Shown here one piece after another: positions 9,930 through 20,502 of a stretch of DNA of 64,000 nucleotides. The DNA is from an uncultured archaeon (lineage in GTDB: Archaea > Aenigmatarchaeota > Aenigmatarchaeia > CG10238-14). A program made the translations under genes and the position numbers. The notes below the pieces were generated by a model, which worked only from the letters and a program-made list of their open reading frames with translations, was not told where the DNA came from and did not search any database. The DNA is taken from positions 16,024-80,023 of the forward strand of contig CAYJRA010000002.1 of NCBI GenBank assembly GCA_964372465.1. The letters are read 5' to 3'. The number at the start of each line of letters is the position of its first letter. Position 1 is the stretch's first letter.

Positions 9930-10397
9930 ATGTTCCCATTTGGTCATATAGGATTCACTGCGTTTTTTGCTAATTTGTTGTCTTTGAATATTATATTTGC
10001 AATAATAGGGTCCCAGATACCAGATTTGATAGATAAACCACTAAACATGGTTGGCATATTACCAAATGCGAGAAACATAGGCCACACACTATTTACTGCT
10101 GGTCTGATACTGTTAATTTCATATATATTAACAAAAAAGAAAACATTCTCTATTTCTCTCGCTTTTGGGTCACTGATGCATTTGTTTGAAGATATACCAT
10201 ATTTTATTCCGTGGTTTTATCCTTTTATAAAATATAATTTTCCACGAGAATCATTCGGAATCACTTACGGTCTTGTCTGGTTTATGTTTGATGTTGCTGG
10301 TTTGATCCTTTTGTATCATGTTTATAAAAATAATTTTGAGTTTAGAAGATACGTGTCTAATATTTTAAATGGATTAAAAAACAAATTAAAAATGTGA
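9930..10397 (+). CDS. membrane-bound metal-dependent hydrolase-like protein (DUF457/YdjM-like)
   Basis: MFPFGHIGFT... start, 4-5 TM helices, conserved His/Asp positions (GHTLF, HLFED) typical of DUF457. Confidence 0.55.
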   Translation: MFPFGHIGFTAFFANLLSLNIIFAIIGSQIPDLIDKPLNMVGILPNARNIGHTLFTAGLILLISYILTKKKTFSISLAFGSLMHLFEDIPYFIPWFYPFIKYNFPRESFGITYGLVWFMFDVAGLILLYHVYKNNFEFRRYVSNILNGLKNKLKM

Positions 10398-12850
10398 TAA
10401 TCAAACTTGTAGTTTTGGATATGGATTATATTGTAGATAACAATCAAGGCATTATTAGATTGTTCTGCAAGGATGAAAATGGAAAATCTGTTTTAGTTGA
10501 AGATAGCGATTTTTATTCCTATTTTTATGTTCAACCAAAATTGGAAAAAATGGATAAAGTTTTGGATAAATTAAATAAAGGGAATTTTGCTAATTCCGAA
10601 CAAATTATGAAAATAGAAAAATTAACAAAAGAATTTTATGGAGAAAAAATAGAGTTAATAAAAATATTTGTTAAAAACCCTAGGAAAATAAACGATTTGA
10701 GAAATGAGGTAAAAAGCTGGGATATTGTAGAAAACCAATACGAGTATACCATATCCTTTCCTTATAGATATATTTTTGATAAAGAGATAGAACCAACGTC
10801 ATGGATTGAGGTAGAAGGAGAGAAAATAAAGTCTGATCTGCAAGTTGATTATTGCATAAAATCTAAATCAGTGGAAAAAATAAAACATCAATTTGATCCC
10901 GATTTCAAAGTATTGGCTTTTGATATAGAAACAGTTAAAGAAAAAGATGAAGAAAAAATAATAATGATTTCTTTGGCATCAAATAACAATTTTAAAAAGG
11001 TCATCACTAGTCATAGTTTGGAAAAACCATTAGATAGTGTAATTTCTGTTAGTAACGAAAAAGAAATTATTGAAAAATTCGTTGAAATTACCAAAAATGA
11101 AGATCCAGATTTTATAATAAGCTACAATGGTGACAGTTTTGATTTTCCAAAATTGAGGGAAAGATCTGAGAAACTGAAAGTGAAACTAATTTTAGGAAAA
11201 GACAATGAACAGATGAAATTTGTCAGAAAGGGCAGGCTATCAGCGGCATCAATTAATGGCAGAGTACATGTAGATGTGTTTGGTTTTATAGACCATATAT
11301 TGTTTTCATCCATGAAAACAGAAGTTTTGACACTGGATGCCGTTTCTCAAGAACTACTGGGCGTAGGAAAGAAAAAATTGAAATGGAAAGAAATTGAAGA
11401 ATCATGGAAACTGAAAAAAAATTTAGATGTTTTGATAGAATACTCATTAAGAGATTCTGAACTAACTTTGATGTTAGGTGAACATCTATTACCCCAGATA
11501 TTTTCTCTTTCTAGACTAACGTATTCTTTACCATTCGATACTTGTAGATATTATTACTCTCAATTAGTTGAAAACTTCTTTTCTCGAGAAGCAACTCAAA
11601 ATAAAAATTTACTTCCGAATAGACCTAAATATGAAGAGATAGAACAAAGAAAGGAAATGAAACCATATACGGGCAGTATAGTTATAGAACCTATGAAAGG
11701 TATACATTCTGATATTTTTGTTTTTGATTTTAAGTCGTTGTATCCGTCGATCATCGTTACACACAATATTTCTCCAGAAACATTTAATTGTAAATGTTGT
11801 AAAAAGAACGAAGTTCCCGGTTTAAATCACAATTTTTGTACTAAAAGAAAAGGATTCATCCCGTTGTATCTGGAAAGTATAATCAAAAAAAGGCATGAAG
11901 TAAAACAAAAGATGAAACAATTTCAAAAAAATAGTTCAGAATATAAAAAATTAGACAGTTACCAATACTCACTCAAAATCATTTCTAATGCAACTTATGG
12001 GTATCTGGGTTATCCAGGAGCTAGATGGTTTTGTAGAGAATGTGCCGAGTCAGCAGCTGCCTTTGGTAGATACTATATAACAAAGGTGATAGAAGACGCT
12101 AGAAATAATGGATTCAATGTCATTTATTCTGATACAGATTCCTGTTTCATTAATCTGCCTAATAAGAAGAAAGATGAAATAACCGATTCTTTAAACAAAT
12201 GGTTGATTAAATTGAATAAATCTTTGCCTGGAATCATGGAGTTAGAGTTAAGAAATATATATGCTGGAGGAATTTTTGTGTCCAGGCAAGGAGAAGAAAA
12301 GGGCGCCAAAAAGAGATATGCTTTAATTGATTATGATGGTAATTTAGAGATACGTGGCTTTGAAACAGTTAGAAGGGATTGGTGCGAATTGGCAAAAAAC
12401 ATTCAGCACGAAGTTTTAAAAATAATTTTACACGATAAAGATCCAAACAAAGCTGTTAATCTGGTTAAGCAGACTATAGATAAAATAAAATCCGGAAAAA
12501 CAAAGAAAGATGATTTGGTTATATTCACTCAATTAACAATGCCGTTGTCCTCATATAAACAAATTGGTCCACATGTTAAGGTTGCAATGAAAATGAGAGA
12601 ATCTGGCATTCCGATAACTGAAGGGACAATAATCCAATATGTTATTACAAAAGGAAATGGTAGTATATCTGATAGAGCAAAACATGCAGAAGAAGTGAAA
12701 GAAGGAGAATACGATCCAGAATACTATATTAACAATCAAGTATTACCGGCTGCTACGCGTGTTTTACAAGCATTAGAGATAACCGAAGATCAAGTTTTAT
12801 CTGGTAATATACAACCAAAATTGGGTAAATGGTTAAAAATTAAACAATAA
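10394..12850 (+). CDS. polB: family-B DNA polymerase
   Basis: Exo I FDIET, Exo II YNGDSFDFP, Exo III YSLRDSELT. Pol A DFKSLYPSII, Pol B KIISNATYGY, Pol C YSDTDS. No intein seen. Confidence 0.95.
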   Translation: MIIKLVVLDMDYIVDNNQGIIRLFCKDENGKSVLVEDSDFYSYFYVQPKLEKMDKVLDKLNKGNFANSEQIMKIEKLTKEFYGEKIELIKIFVKNPRKINDLRNEVKSWDIVENQYEYTISFPYRYIFDKEIEPTSWIEVEGEKIKSDLQVDYCIKSKSVEKIKHQFDPDFKVLAFDIETVKEKDEEKIIMISLASNNNFKKVITSHSLEKPLDSVISVSNEKEIIEKFVEITKNEDPDFIISYNGDSFDFPKLRERSEKLKVKLILGKDNEQMKFVRKGRLSAASINGRVHVDVFGFIDHILFSSMKTEVLTLDAVSQELLGVGKKKLKWKEIEESWKLKKNLDVLIEYSLRDSELTLMLGEHLLPQIFSLSRLTYSLPFDTCRYYYSQLVENFFSREATQNKNLLPNRPKYEEIEQRKEMKPYTGSIVIEPMKGIHSDIFVFDFKSLYPSIIVTHNISPETFNCKCCKKNEVPGLNHNFCTKRKGFIPLYLESIIKKRHEVKQKMKQFQKNSSEYKKLDSYQYSLKIISNATYGYLGYPGARWFCRECAESAAAFGRYYITKVIEDARNNGFNVIYSDTDSCFINLPNKKKDEITDSLNKWLIKLNKSLPGIMELELRNIYAGGIFVSRQGEEKGAKKRYALIDYDGNLEIRGFETVRRDWCELAKNIQHEVLKIILHDKDPNKAVNLVKQTIDKIKSGKTKKDDLVIFTQLTMPLSSYKQIGPHVKVAMKMRESGIPITEGTIIQYVITKGNGSISDRAKHAEEVKEGEYDPEYYINNQVLPAATRVLQALEITEDQVLSGNIQPKLGKWLKIKQ

Positions 12851-13298
12851 TTTCATCTGTTATAATTATGGAATTAACCTCTTCTATTCCCTTCATTTTT
12901 CTTATTTGTTCTAAGAATGGATTGGTTTCTTTTAAATTCTCTAATCTTACTTTTACTATCAAATCCCATTTTTCACTTTTTACTTCCAATATTTCATGTG
13001 TCTCATTCATTTTTTTGAACTCTTCTTTTACAGAATTAAGTGACATGTAATTTTCTTTTGGGTTGTCTTCTGAAACATTAATTAGTAATATTAGGCCAAT
13101 TGGTTTCCCCACCTTTTCGTAATCTACTATAGCTCTATATCCTACTATAACACCTTCCTTCTCTAGAATCTTTACTCTTCTGTGAGTTGTTGATATAGGT
13201 AATCCAGATTTCATTGCAAGTTTTCTACTAGATAATTTTGAGTTTTTTTCCAATTCTCTTATTAGTTGTTTATCTCTATTGTCTATTATGAATGTCAT
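12840..13298 (-). CDS. Lrp/AsnC-family transcriptional regulator
   Basis: N-terminal HTH (DKQLIRELEKNSKLSSRKLAMKSGLPISTTHRRVKILEKEGVI) plus a RAM-like C-terminal domain. Confidence 0.9.
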   Translation of the reverse strand: MTFIIDNRDKQLIRELEKNSKLSSRKLAMKSGLPISTTHRRVKILEKEGVIVGYRAIVDYEKVGKPIGLILLINVSEDNPKENYMSLNSVKEEFKKMNETHEILEVKSEKWDLIVKVRLENLKETNPFLEQIRKMKGIEEVNSIIITDEIIV

Positions 13299-13440
13299 GA
13301 ATGAGATAAGTTAATTTAAATATATAAGATTTTAGAATAAGTTTTCCAGAAAGTCGGAAATTTCAATTATACATATGAGTTGTAAAATATTTCCCCTAAA
13401 GGACATGTTGAAATATTTGAATTTCTAAAGAATATGAGAA

Positions 13441-14340
13441 GTGAATTGGATGGATAAAGAAGTACTAGAAAAATATAAGAAAGCAGGAGAAATAGCTGGT
13501 AGGGCAAAAATATTAGCTAAGAAAGAAATAAAAAGTGGGGTCAAATCCCTAGATTTGGTTGAGAGAATTGAAAATTTTATAAAAAAAGAAGCCAATCTCG
13601 CATTCCCCGTAAATCTTTCGATAAATGATATTGCTGCTCATTGTACACCAGATATTAACGATCAAACAGAATTAAAAGACGGGGATATGGTTAAACTAGA
13701 TTTAGGAGCTCAGATAGATGGTTACATCGCAGATACTTCTGTGTGTGTGAAAATTGGAGAAAATTCAGATCCGTTAATCAAAGCCAGTCAAGATGCACTG
13801 GACTCATTTATTAACGAGTTGTCTCCAGGAAAAACAATTGCAGAGTTGTCTACTCTTGTGAATGAAGTTATTGTTAGTCATGGTTTTAATCCTGTCAGAA
13901 ATTTGGCTGGGCACTCCTTGGATCAATATACTCAGCACGGACGTATATCAATCCCAAATAACAAATCAACATTACAATATCAATTCAAAGAAGATGATGC
14001 AATTGCAATGGAAGTTTTCGCAACAAATGGTGAAGGTTGGGTTGTTGAATCTTCTCCTACTTTGATATTCATGTTTTCAAAACCAGATGCAGTAAGAATA
14101 AGAGAGTCCAAATTGGTTTTGCAGCATATAACTGAAAATTATAAAACACTCCCCTTTGCTAAAAGGTGGCTGAAAGATATTTGCAATCCACTTTCTCTTC
14201 ATATGGCATTAAAAGAGTTGACCACTAAGAGAATTATAATGGAATATCCTCCGTTAAGAGAAAAAGCTCATGGCATAGTTTCGCAGAGTGAAGAGACACT
14301 GATTGTAAAAGACAAACCAATTGTAACAACAAAAATTTAA
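13441..14340 (+). CDS. map: methionine aminopeptidase, type 2 (archaeal)
   Basis: AHCTP, DMVKLDLGAQIDGYIADTS, GHSL and EETLIV motifs. GTG at 13441; ATG at 13450 behind AAGTGA is an alternative start. Confidence 0.9.
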   Translation: MNWMDKEVLEKYKKAGEIAGRAKILAKKEIKSGVKSLDLVERIENFIKKEANLAFPVNLSINDIAAHCTPDINDQTELKDGDMVKLDLGAQIDGYIADTSVCVKIGENSDPLIKASQDALDSFINELSPGKTIAELSTLVNEVIVSHGFNPVRNLAGHSLDQYTQHGRISIPNNKSTLQYQFKEDDAIAMEVFATNGEGWVVESSPTLIFMFSKPDAVRIRESKLVLQHITENYKTLPFAKRWLKDICNPLSLHMALKELTTKRIIMEYPPLREKAHGIVSQSEETLIVKDKPIVTTKI

Positions 14341-14612
14341 TACATTATTTTGAAATCTTCAAAATCGTTTTTGAATTTTTCATAATTCAATTCTATATTT
14401 TCAACTTTTGATAACAAAGAACCTCTTTTAATATATTTCAACAATATTTCTATTTTTTCTTTTTCACTCTCGGCTATAATCTCAACTCTTCCATCATTCA
14501 AATTTTTGACACATCCAGTTATTTTTAAATTATCAGCAATTACTTTTGTAAATGTTCTAAAATTTACTCCTTGTACTTTGCCAGAAACAAATAAATGAAC
14601 TCTTTGCATCAT
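14337..14612 (-). CDS. acyP: acylphosphatase
   Basis: 91 aa, VSGKVQGVNFRTFT and GCVKNLNDGRVEI signature. Confidence 0.85.
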   Translation of the reverse strand: MMQRVHLFVSGKVQGVNFRTFTKVIADNLKITGCVKNLNDGRVEIIAESEKEKIEILLKYIKRGSLLSKVENIELNYEKFKNDFEDFKIMY

Positions 14613-14620
14613 TTATATTA

Positions 14621-15307
14621 TTAAAATTGAAGGAATTTAGCTTTACTTTTATCTGTTTTTATTATTACTTCATCTTTTGGTTTTAGTTCAATATATTCTT
14701 CATAATTGTCGCTAATCACATACGCGTCTTCTCTATTGATTTTAATTTTTATTATGCTTTTTTTATCAACAATAAAATTTCTTTTTTCATCGCTATGTAA
14801 ATTGTTAAATACTATTCCGATTCCATCTAAAAACTCTTTACCCCCGGCAGATTTATAATATCCCGTAGAACCAAAAGGTGTGGCTATAATTGCCCCATCT
14901 CCAATTAAGTCGTTTATTTTATTTTTCCCAAATTTGATAGAAAATCTTATTGCTTTTGTTGGTAATTTATGATGTACGTTTATTTCATTCAGAGCAGTCA
15001 ATTTTTTTTGTTTTGCGACAGCCGTCAATTTAGCCATTTCTTTTATTTTAAAATCATTTCTTTTAATTTTTTCCAACAAAGTTTCTAGGTATTTTGGCGT
15101 ATAGTCACATTTTCTACAAATGTTACTAGTTTTAATAGTCAATTTTGGGATTTCTGGATATAGTCTCTCACTACAAAGGATTGTGCCGTCTCCACCGTTA
15201 CTTATAACAATATCCGGGTTTTTATTTACAATTTTAAAGTCATGTTTTCTCACCATATTTTCTATCTGTTTATTTCTCTTAGGACTTACTATAGCAATTT
15301 TGAACAT
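14621..15307 (-). CDS. nadK: NAD kinase (short form)
   Basis: GGDGTIL, NEINV and GDGAIIATPFGSTGYYKSAGG motifs. Confidence 0.85.
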   Translation of the reverse strand: MFKIAIVSPKRNKQIENMVRKHDFKIVNKNPDIVISNGGDGTILCSERLYPEIPKLTIKTSNICRKCDYTPKYLETLLEKIKRNDFKIKEMAKLTAVAKQKKLTALNEINVHHKLPTKAIRFSIKFGKNKINDLIGDGAIIATPFGSTGYYKSAGGKEFLDGIGIVFNNLHSDEKRNFIVDKKSIIKIKINREDAYVISDNYEEYIELKPKDEVIIKTDKSKAKFLQF

Positions 15308-15311
15308 AAAA

Positions 15312-16418
15312 TCAACGCTTTTTATCCATAGCTTTTTTTACTCTGTCTTTTGCAATTTGTAATGCAGCGTCTCTGGGTTTAACATTTTTTTTGTTGGAGT
15401 TATCCAAAACTAATTTAACATTTTTGGTTATTTTGGATTCAACTAGTTTGAACATTTGTTTAGTATTTTTTCCCATATATTCGGCATATGAAGAAATGAC
15501 ACCCCCAGCATTCACAGCGAAATCCGGCACGACCAACACGTTTCTTCTATATAAAATGTCTTCCATCTCTTCTGTCATAGGTATATTTGCTGCTTCCATA
15601 ATAATTTTTGCTTTAACTTTGTTTACATTGTTTTGATTTATTACATCAGGTAAAGCGGATGGTATCAATACGTCAACGCCCAGCTCAAAAATATCTCTAT
15701 TTGATAAAACACTTCCCGGTTTGTAATTTATCACACTTCCGGTTTTGTTTTTTATTCTCATTAATTCATTGTAGTTGAGTCCTTTGTTGTTGTATATTAC
15801 TCCTTTACTGTCGCTAACCGCCACTATATTGACTCCCCATTCTGACAGATGTTTCATTGTAAAAGTTCCTACATTACCAAATCCTTCTATTGCAACAGTT
15901 GTATTTTTAGGATTCATATTAAGATGTTTTAATACAATCATTGTGGAATGTGCAACACCAAAACCGGTGGATCCTAATTCATGTGGTAACCCACCAAAAG
16001 ATTTAGGCTTGCCAGTGGACGCTTTTTTACTCTTCAGTTCTTTAGCTATGAGTGCCATTTCTTTTTCACCCGTGTTTATATCAGGTCCGGGTATATATAA
16101 TTCAGGAACTAAGTGTTTTATTGATCTTGCAAACGATTTTATCAAGATAGATTTGTCTATAGTTTTATCATAAATTATACCTGACTTTGCTCCACCAAAA
16201 GGCAAATCAGCTAAAGCGTTTTTCCACGTCATTGTTCTTGCTAATCTGAAAACCTCGCCAACACTAACAGAAGGAGTCATCCTTATTCCGCCTTTACCCG
16301 GTCCAAGACTTGTGTTATCAACACAAACAATACCTTTCATTCTTGTTTTGCAATCATAAACTTGAACTATATGTTCAGGTCCCCAATCATCAGCAAATTG
16401 TTCAATGAATTCTGGCAT
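15312..16418 (-). CDS. Glu/Leu/Phe/Val dehydrogenase family enzyme (likely glutamate dehydrogenase, short form)
   Basis: GPGKGGIRM, PFGGAKSGI and Rossmann GFGNVG motifs, 368 aa. Confidence 0.85.
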   Translation of the reverse strand: MPEFIEQFADDWGPEHIVQVYDCKTRMKGIVCVDNTSLGPGKGGIRMTPSVSVGEVFRLARTMTWKNALADLPFGGAKSGIIYDKTIDKSILIKSFARSIKHLVPELYIPGPDINTGEKEMALIAKELKSKKASTGKPKSFGGLPHELGSTGFGVAHSTMIVLKHLNMNPKNTTVAIEGFGNVGTFTMKHLSEWGVNIVAVSDSKGVIYNNKGLNYNELMRIKNKTGSVINYKPGSVLSNRDIFELGVDVLIPSALPDVINQNNVNKVKAKIIMEAANIPMTEEMEDILYRRNVLVVPDFAVNAGGVISSYAEYMGKNTKQMFKLVESKITKNVKLVLDNSNKKNVKPRDAALQIAKDRVKKAMDKKR

Positions 16419-16504
16419 GAAATCACCAAATATATTTTATTAACTAGCTAAAAATATCTCCATCATTAATATAGAAATTAAAAAATTTTTATTTTCCATG
16501 TAAT

Positions 16505-16741
16505 CTAATCCTTTATATCCAGAGCTTTTCTAAGAGCTTCTTTGTCAAAACCAACTATAATCTTTCCGTCGACTTCAATAACAGGAATACTCATTTGTCC
16601 AGATTTTGTTATCATCTCTTCTGCGGCCCTTTTATCTTCTTCTATGTTAACATCTTTATATTCTATTTTATGTTGTTTCAGGAATTCTTTGGTTTTATTA
16701 CACCAGACACACCACGGTGCAGAATAAATTATCACTTCCAT
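16505..16741 (-). CDS. glutaredoxin-like protein
   Basis: 78 aa, YSAPWCVWCNKTKEFL (CxxC) and SIPVIEVDG. Confidence 0.85.
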   Translation of the reverse strand: MEVIIYSAPWCVWCNKTKEFLKQHKIEYKDVNIEEDKRAAEEMITKSGQMSIPVIEVDGKIIVGFDKEALRKALDIKD

Positions 16742-16827
16742 TTTATCACCAATAATTCATATTTTTCTTGATTAATTATTATATCTATGAATGGAATGTT
16801 AAATTATTTATTAATGAACACAACAGA

Positions 16828-17844
16828 TTAAACAAGACAAACTTTTGGTGGATTTTTTAGTAGTGATTCTAACAGTTTTATTGCGTTTTCAATATCATTT
16901 CTATTAGCTATACCTACCGTTGTGTGGATGTTCCTTACAGCAACACCCAGGACAGCTGAAGGCACACCCCCTCTAGAAATAGATATATTCAACGCATCCG
17001 TTGTGCCAGATTCACTAACATCGTATTGCAGTGGAATTTTATTCTTTTTGGAAATGTCTTTAAGCCAATTATTTATGCACCTGTTGCCTAACATTGCAGC
17101 ATCCTTTATAGTTAAACACGGGCCTTTACCTAAAAACAATGATGGATTTTCCGAAAAATCGTTTGTATTAGTTACATCTATGACGACTGACCAATCTGGC
17201 TTAATATTATATGCTGATGTGGTGCCTCCATACAACCCAACCTCTTCCTGAGTTGTAAAAACAAAATATACCTCATTGTCATTGTGTTTTATTCTTTTTG
17301 CCAATTCGCAAATCATATAGCAGCCAACCCTATCATCCAAGGCTTTGCCTGCAATATAATCATCTGAACCCAAAAAACCAAATTCCTTTTCTATAAACGC
17401 ATAAGAACCTATTTCTACACCCAATTTTATAAGCTCGTTTTTGTTTAAACCGGTGTCTACTATCAAATCTAACAATTCGATTTTATCCTTTAATTTCTCA
17501 CCATTGCTTATTTTTTTTGTAGTTGTTATTCCTCTTATCCAACCATCATTTGTTTTTAAACTAACTCTTTCCCCAATGAAGACAGACGGCTCAAAACCAC
17601 CTATATCAGAACAATATATCAATCCGTTATCGTCTATTTTTTTTATCATCAATCCAATTTCATCCATGTGGGCAGCGATCATCACTCTTGGTGGATCACC
17701 TTTTTTATGGGCTATTAAATTCCCGAACTTATCGACTAAAATCTCATCTACATATGGTTTTATTTCCTGATGTATAATTTGCCTTACTATTTGTTCGTTT
17801 CCACTAGGTCCGAAAGCTTCACTGAGTTTTTTTAGTAATTGCAT
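16828..17844 (-). CDS. M42-family metallopeptidase (TET/FrvX-like aminopeptidase)
   Basis: AHMDEIG, ALDDRVG, TTQEEVGLYG and GGTTDA-like motifs, 338 aa. Confidence 0.85.
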   Translation of the reverse strand: MQLLKKLSEAFGPSGNEQIVRQIIHQEIKPYVDEILVDKFGNLIAHKKGDPPRVMIAAHMDEIGLMIKKIDDNGLIYCSDIGGFEPSVFIGERVSLKTNDGWIRGITTTKKISNGEKLKDKIELLDLIVDTGLNKNELIKLGVEIGSYAFIEKEFGFLGSDDYIAGKALDDRVGCYMICELAKRIKHNDNEVYFVFTTQEEVGLYGGTTSAYNIKPDWSVVIDVTNTNDFSENPSLFLGKGPCLTIKDAAMLGNRCINNWLKDISKKNKIPLQYDVSESGTTDALNISISRGGVPSAVLGVAVRNIHTTVGIANRNDIENAIKLLESLLKNPPKVCLV

Positions 17845-17929
17845 AATATTATTATATTTTACTATATAATAGAAAACTATACTTTCTGTTTGTCAAACAA
17901 TTTAAGTAAATCCACATTTAATTCTTAGT

Positions 17930-18592
17930 ATGAGTTATTCAGAAAACATACCAAAAATCATGAATATTCTAAAAAAAGAACTGAGAAAATTTGAAGCCCC
18001 TGTTGCTACGGGAATAGGAGAGGATACAAGAGACCCATTTATGGTTTTGGTTTCGTGTCTTCTTAGTCTCAGGACTAAGGATAAAATAACAGGCACCATC
18101 TCAAGAAAATTGTTTGAAGTTGCTAAAACACCCAAAGAAATTGCAAATATGCCGTTAAAGAAACTACAAAAAATAATAAAATCTGTTAATTATTACAAGA
18201 CAAAAGCAAAGAGGATAAAAGAAATATCCAAAATCTTGGTACAAAAATATGATGGAAAAGTTCCTGATAATTTCGATGAATTGTTAAAATTCAAAGGCAT
18301 TGGGAGAAAAACTGCAAGTATTGTGATGACATATGGACATTCAAAAAAAGACTATATAGCAGTAGATACACACTGCCACAGAATTCCAAACAGACTTGGC
18401 TGGGTTAAAACTAAAACCCCGAAGCAAACAGAAGAAGAAATAAAAAGAATATTACCAAAAAAATATTGGGAGGACTTTAATGATCTTTTTGTCACATTTG
18501 GCCAAAACATTTGCACACCATTATCACCCTTTTGTTCAAAATGTCCAATTAATAATTACTGCCCAAGAATTGGTGTAACAAAATTGAGATAA
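17930..18592 (+). CDS. nth: endonuclease III (HhH-GPD DNA glycosylase with 4Fe-4S)
   Basis: HhH FKGIGRKTASIV, catalytic VDTHCHR, Cys cluster CTPLSPFCSKCPINNYC. Confidence 0.9.
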   Translation: MSYSENIPKIMNILKKELRKFEAPVATGIGEDTRDPFMVLVSCLLSLRTKDKITGTISRKLFEVAKTPKEIANMPLKKLQKIIKSVNYYKTKAKRIKEISKILVQKYDGKVPDNFDELLKFKGIGRKTASIVMTYGHSKKDYIAVDTHCHRIPNRLGWVKTKTPKQTEEEIKRILPKKYWEDFNDLFVTFGQNICTPLSPFCSKCPINNYCPRIGVTKLR

Positions 18593-18594
18593 TT

Positions 18595-20127
18595 ATGAAC
18601 AAAAAAAACCTTTTAGTTTTCATAGTTTTTGTCTATTTTTTTATAGAATTGGCCACGGCCACCACTGTTTATAACATATCTTTGTCAGGAAGAGACGCTA
18701 TAATTAATACTTCGATAGTGCTGCGTAGTGAAGAAAAAGTTACAAGTTGGGATGTTTATTGGCTTTTGCCAGACAATTCTAAAGTTTTATCCATAAAAGA
18801 CGATAAAGGAGAAATAAAAGATTACTCAGTATATGGTAATAATTTGCGCTTTTTTACAAATCCAGATAGATCAAAAATTAAAAAGGTTTACATAGATATA
18901 ATCATTAAAAATGTCGTAGATAGTCAGTTTGAGCCTTTATACAGCACTACTTTATCACTTCCAGGAATAGATAATGAAATAACTATAGTCAACACAAGAA
19001 TAGACGGCATAATTTCTGGTTATGTTAGTTTTAACTTCAGTGAGAAATATGAAGATAATTACGCTGAATTTATCGGATATGGGCCCATAAATTTTAAAAT
19101 GTTTTTCAGTTCTGAAGGAAAAGTTTACGATAACTATGTCGGTTTTAGTGATTACGATTTATCGGTTGCAGACAAGCTATATCCAATTATTCAATCAATT
19201 ACAGGAATTGATTTACCATTCAAGCGTTTTCCTGTGAAAGTAATTTCAGATAATAGGTACAACGAAATGGTAAAATCTTGGAGTTCTGCCACCCATTTAC
19301 CAGGTGGTTTAATTTTAGTTAAAGAATCTACTATGAAATTAGAAAACAATGCAAGTGTTGTAATACACGAAACCATCCATGGGTATAATTTTAAAATTTT
19401 TTCTTGGCAACAAGTCAACATTTCTTGGTTTGATGAGGGAATGGGCAAATTCGCAGAACATCTAGCTGATAAACAACTTAGCAATGTGGAGCCGGAACTT
19501 TTTGGAGGGAATATTATATTTTCCGCGGATGGTAACAGATTCATTTTAAAACCAAAAGGAGATAGAGAAAAATTGTGGCAATACTACCAAAAAAACGAAA
19601 ATTTTATGGAAACTTGGAATCTAGATCAAGATGAAAATAGAGATTTTGGTTATGCGTTTAGTGAACTTGTAATTAGAGATTTTGTAATAAGGAGAGGAGT
19701 TGAGGGCCTAAGACTTACTTATCGTGATCTTTTAAATGTTGATCATTTGGTGAATAATTCTGAAGAATTCAACTATATAATGTTGGGTGTAATGAATTAT
19801 GACTTTAAACCCTGCTATCCCAATGATCGTGATGGTTTTGAAAATTGCCTGAATCAAATAAATAAATTCGAGTTTTTTATCCCGAACTTTGACCCCAAGG
19901 GTTTAGTTAAAATCAAAAAAGAATTTATAAGCGAATCGGAATATAAAGAGAACCAGATATTAAAAGAAGACAACAACACTCTTGATAATATTACTGCGGT
20001 TGAGAACAAAACAACAGATAAAAGTGTTGTAAAAACAAATAAACCATTCATAATTTTCAGAATAATTGATGGTATAGTCGATTTTTTAGTGGATATTTTT
20101 ACAAAAATAAAAAATACTTTTAGATGA
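18595..20127 (+). CDS. secreted gluzincin-type metallopeptidase-like protein (HExxH-x18-E) with hydrophobic C-terminal tail
   Basis: N-terminal signal-like segment. HETIH followed 18 residues later by the Glu of WFDEGMGKF, an M1-like HExxH-x18-E. C-terminal tail IIDGIVDFLVDIF. Confidence 0.65.
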   Translation: MNKKNLLVFIVFVYFFIELATATTVYNISLSGRDAIINTSIVLRSEEKVTSWDVYWLLPDNSKVLSIKDDKGEIKDYSVYGNNLRFFTNPDRSKIKKVYIDIIIKNVVDSQFEPLYSTTLSLPGIDNEITIVNTRIDGIISGYVSFNFSEKYEDNYAEFIGYGPINFKMFFSSEGKVYDNYVGFSDYDLSVADKLYPIIQSITGIDLPFKRFPVKVISDNRYNEMVKSWSSATHLPGGLILVKESTMKLENNASVVIHETIHGYNFKIFSWQQVNISWFDEGMGKFAEHLADKQLSNVEPELFGGNIIFSADGNRFILKPKGDREKLWQYYQKNENFMETWNLDQDENRDFGYAFSELVIRDFVIRRGVEGLRLTYRDLLNVDHLVNNSEEFNYIMLGVMNYDFKPCYPNDRDGFENCLNQINKFEFFIPNFDPKGLVKIKKEFISESEYKENQILKEDNNTLDNITAVENKTTDKSVVKTNKPFIIFRIIDGIVDFLVDIFTKIKNTFR

Positions 20128-20374
20128 TTTGCTTTTTTGTTTCCTTTTCTGTAATATGAATACAGTTTACTGGGCATGATTTAGCTGCATCTAGATTTGA
20201 TGCAAAATCCTTTTCATCTATTTCTCTTGCGAAGATGCTATCACTTTCCTTTTGACTGCCAGCTAAAATAGCCTTGTTTTCTTTATCTAATGACCAAAAG
20301 TTAGGCTCCACAGCAACACAGGATGCAGCCCCTATACAGGCATCTCTGTCATATGTAATTTTATATTTTCCCAT
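20120..20374 (-). CDS. small ferredoxin (single Fe-S cluster type)
   Basis: YDRDACIGAASC ... SCPVNCIHI. I prefer the ATG at 20374, which sits behind GGGGTGAT SD, over the track start at 20404. Confidence 0.75.
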   Translation of the reverse strand: MGKYKITYDRDACIGAASCVAVEPNFWSLDKENKAILAGSQKESDSIFAREIDEKDFASNLDAAKSCPVNCIHITEKETKKQII

Positions 20375-20502
20375 AATCATCACCCCATTATTTTTGTTTT
20401 TCATGCCTTTATTATCTTTTGAATTTTCTTGTATAAATTTATAGTATAGAACATAAATAATTCTTAGAAATTAAATTTATATCAAATAGAAAAGATGATT
20501 TC

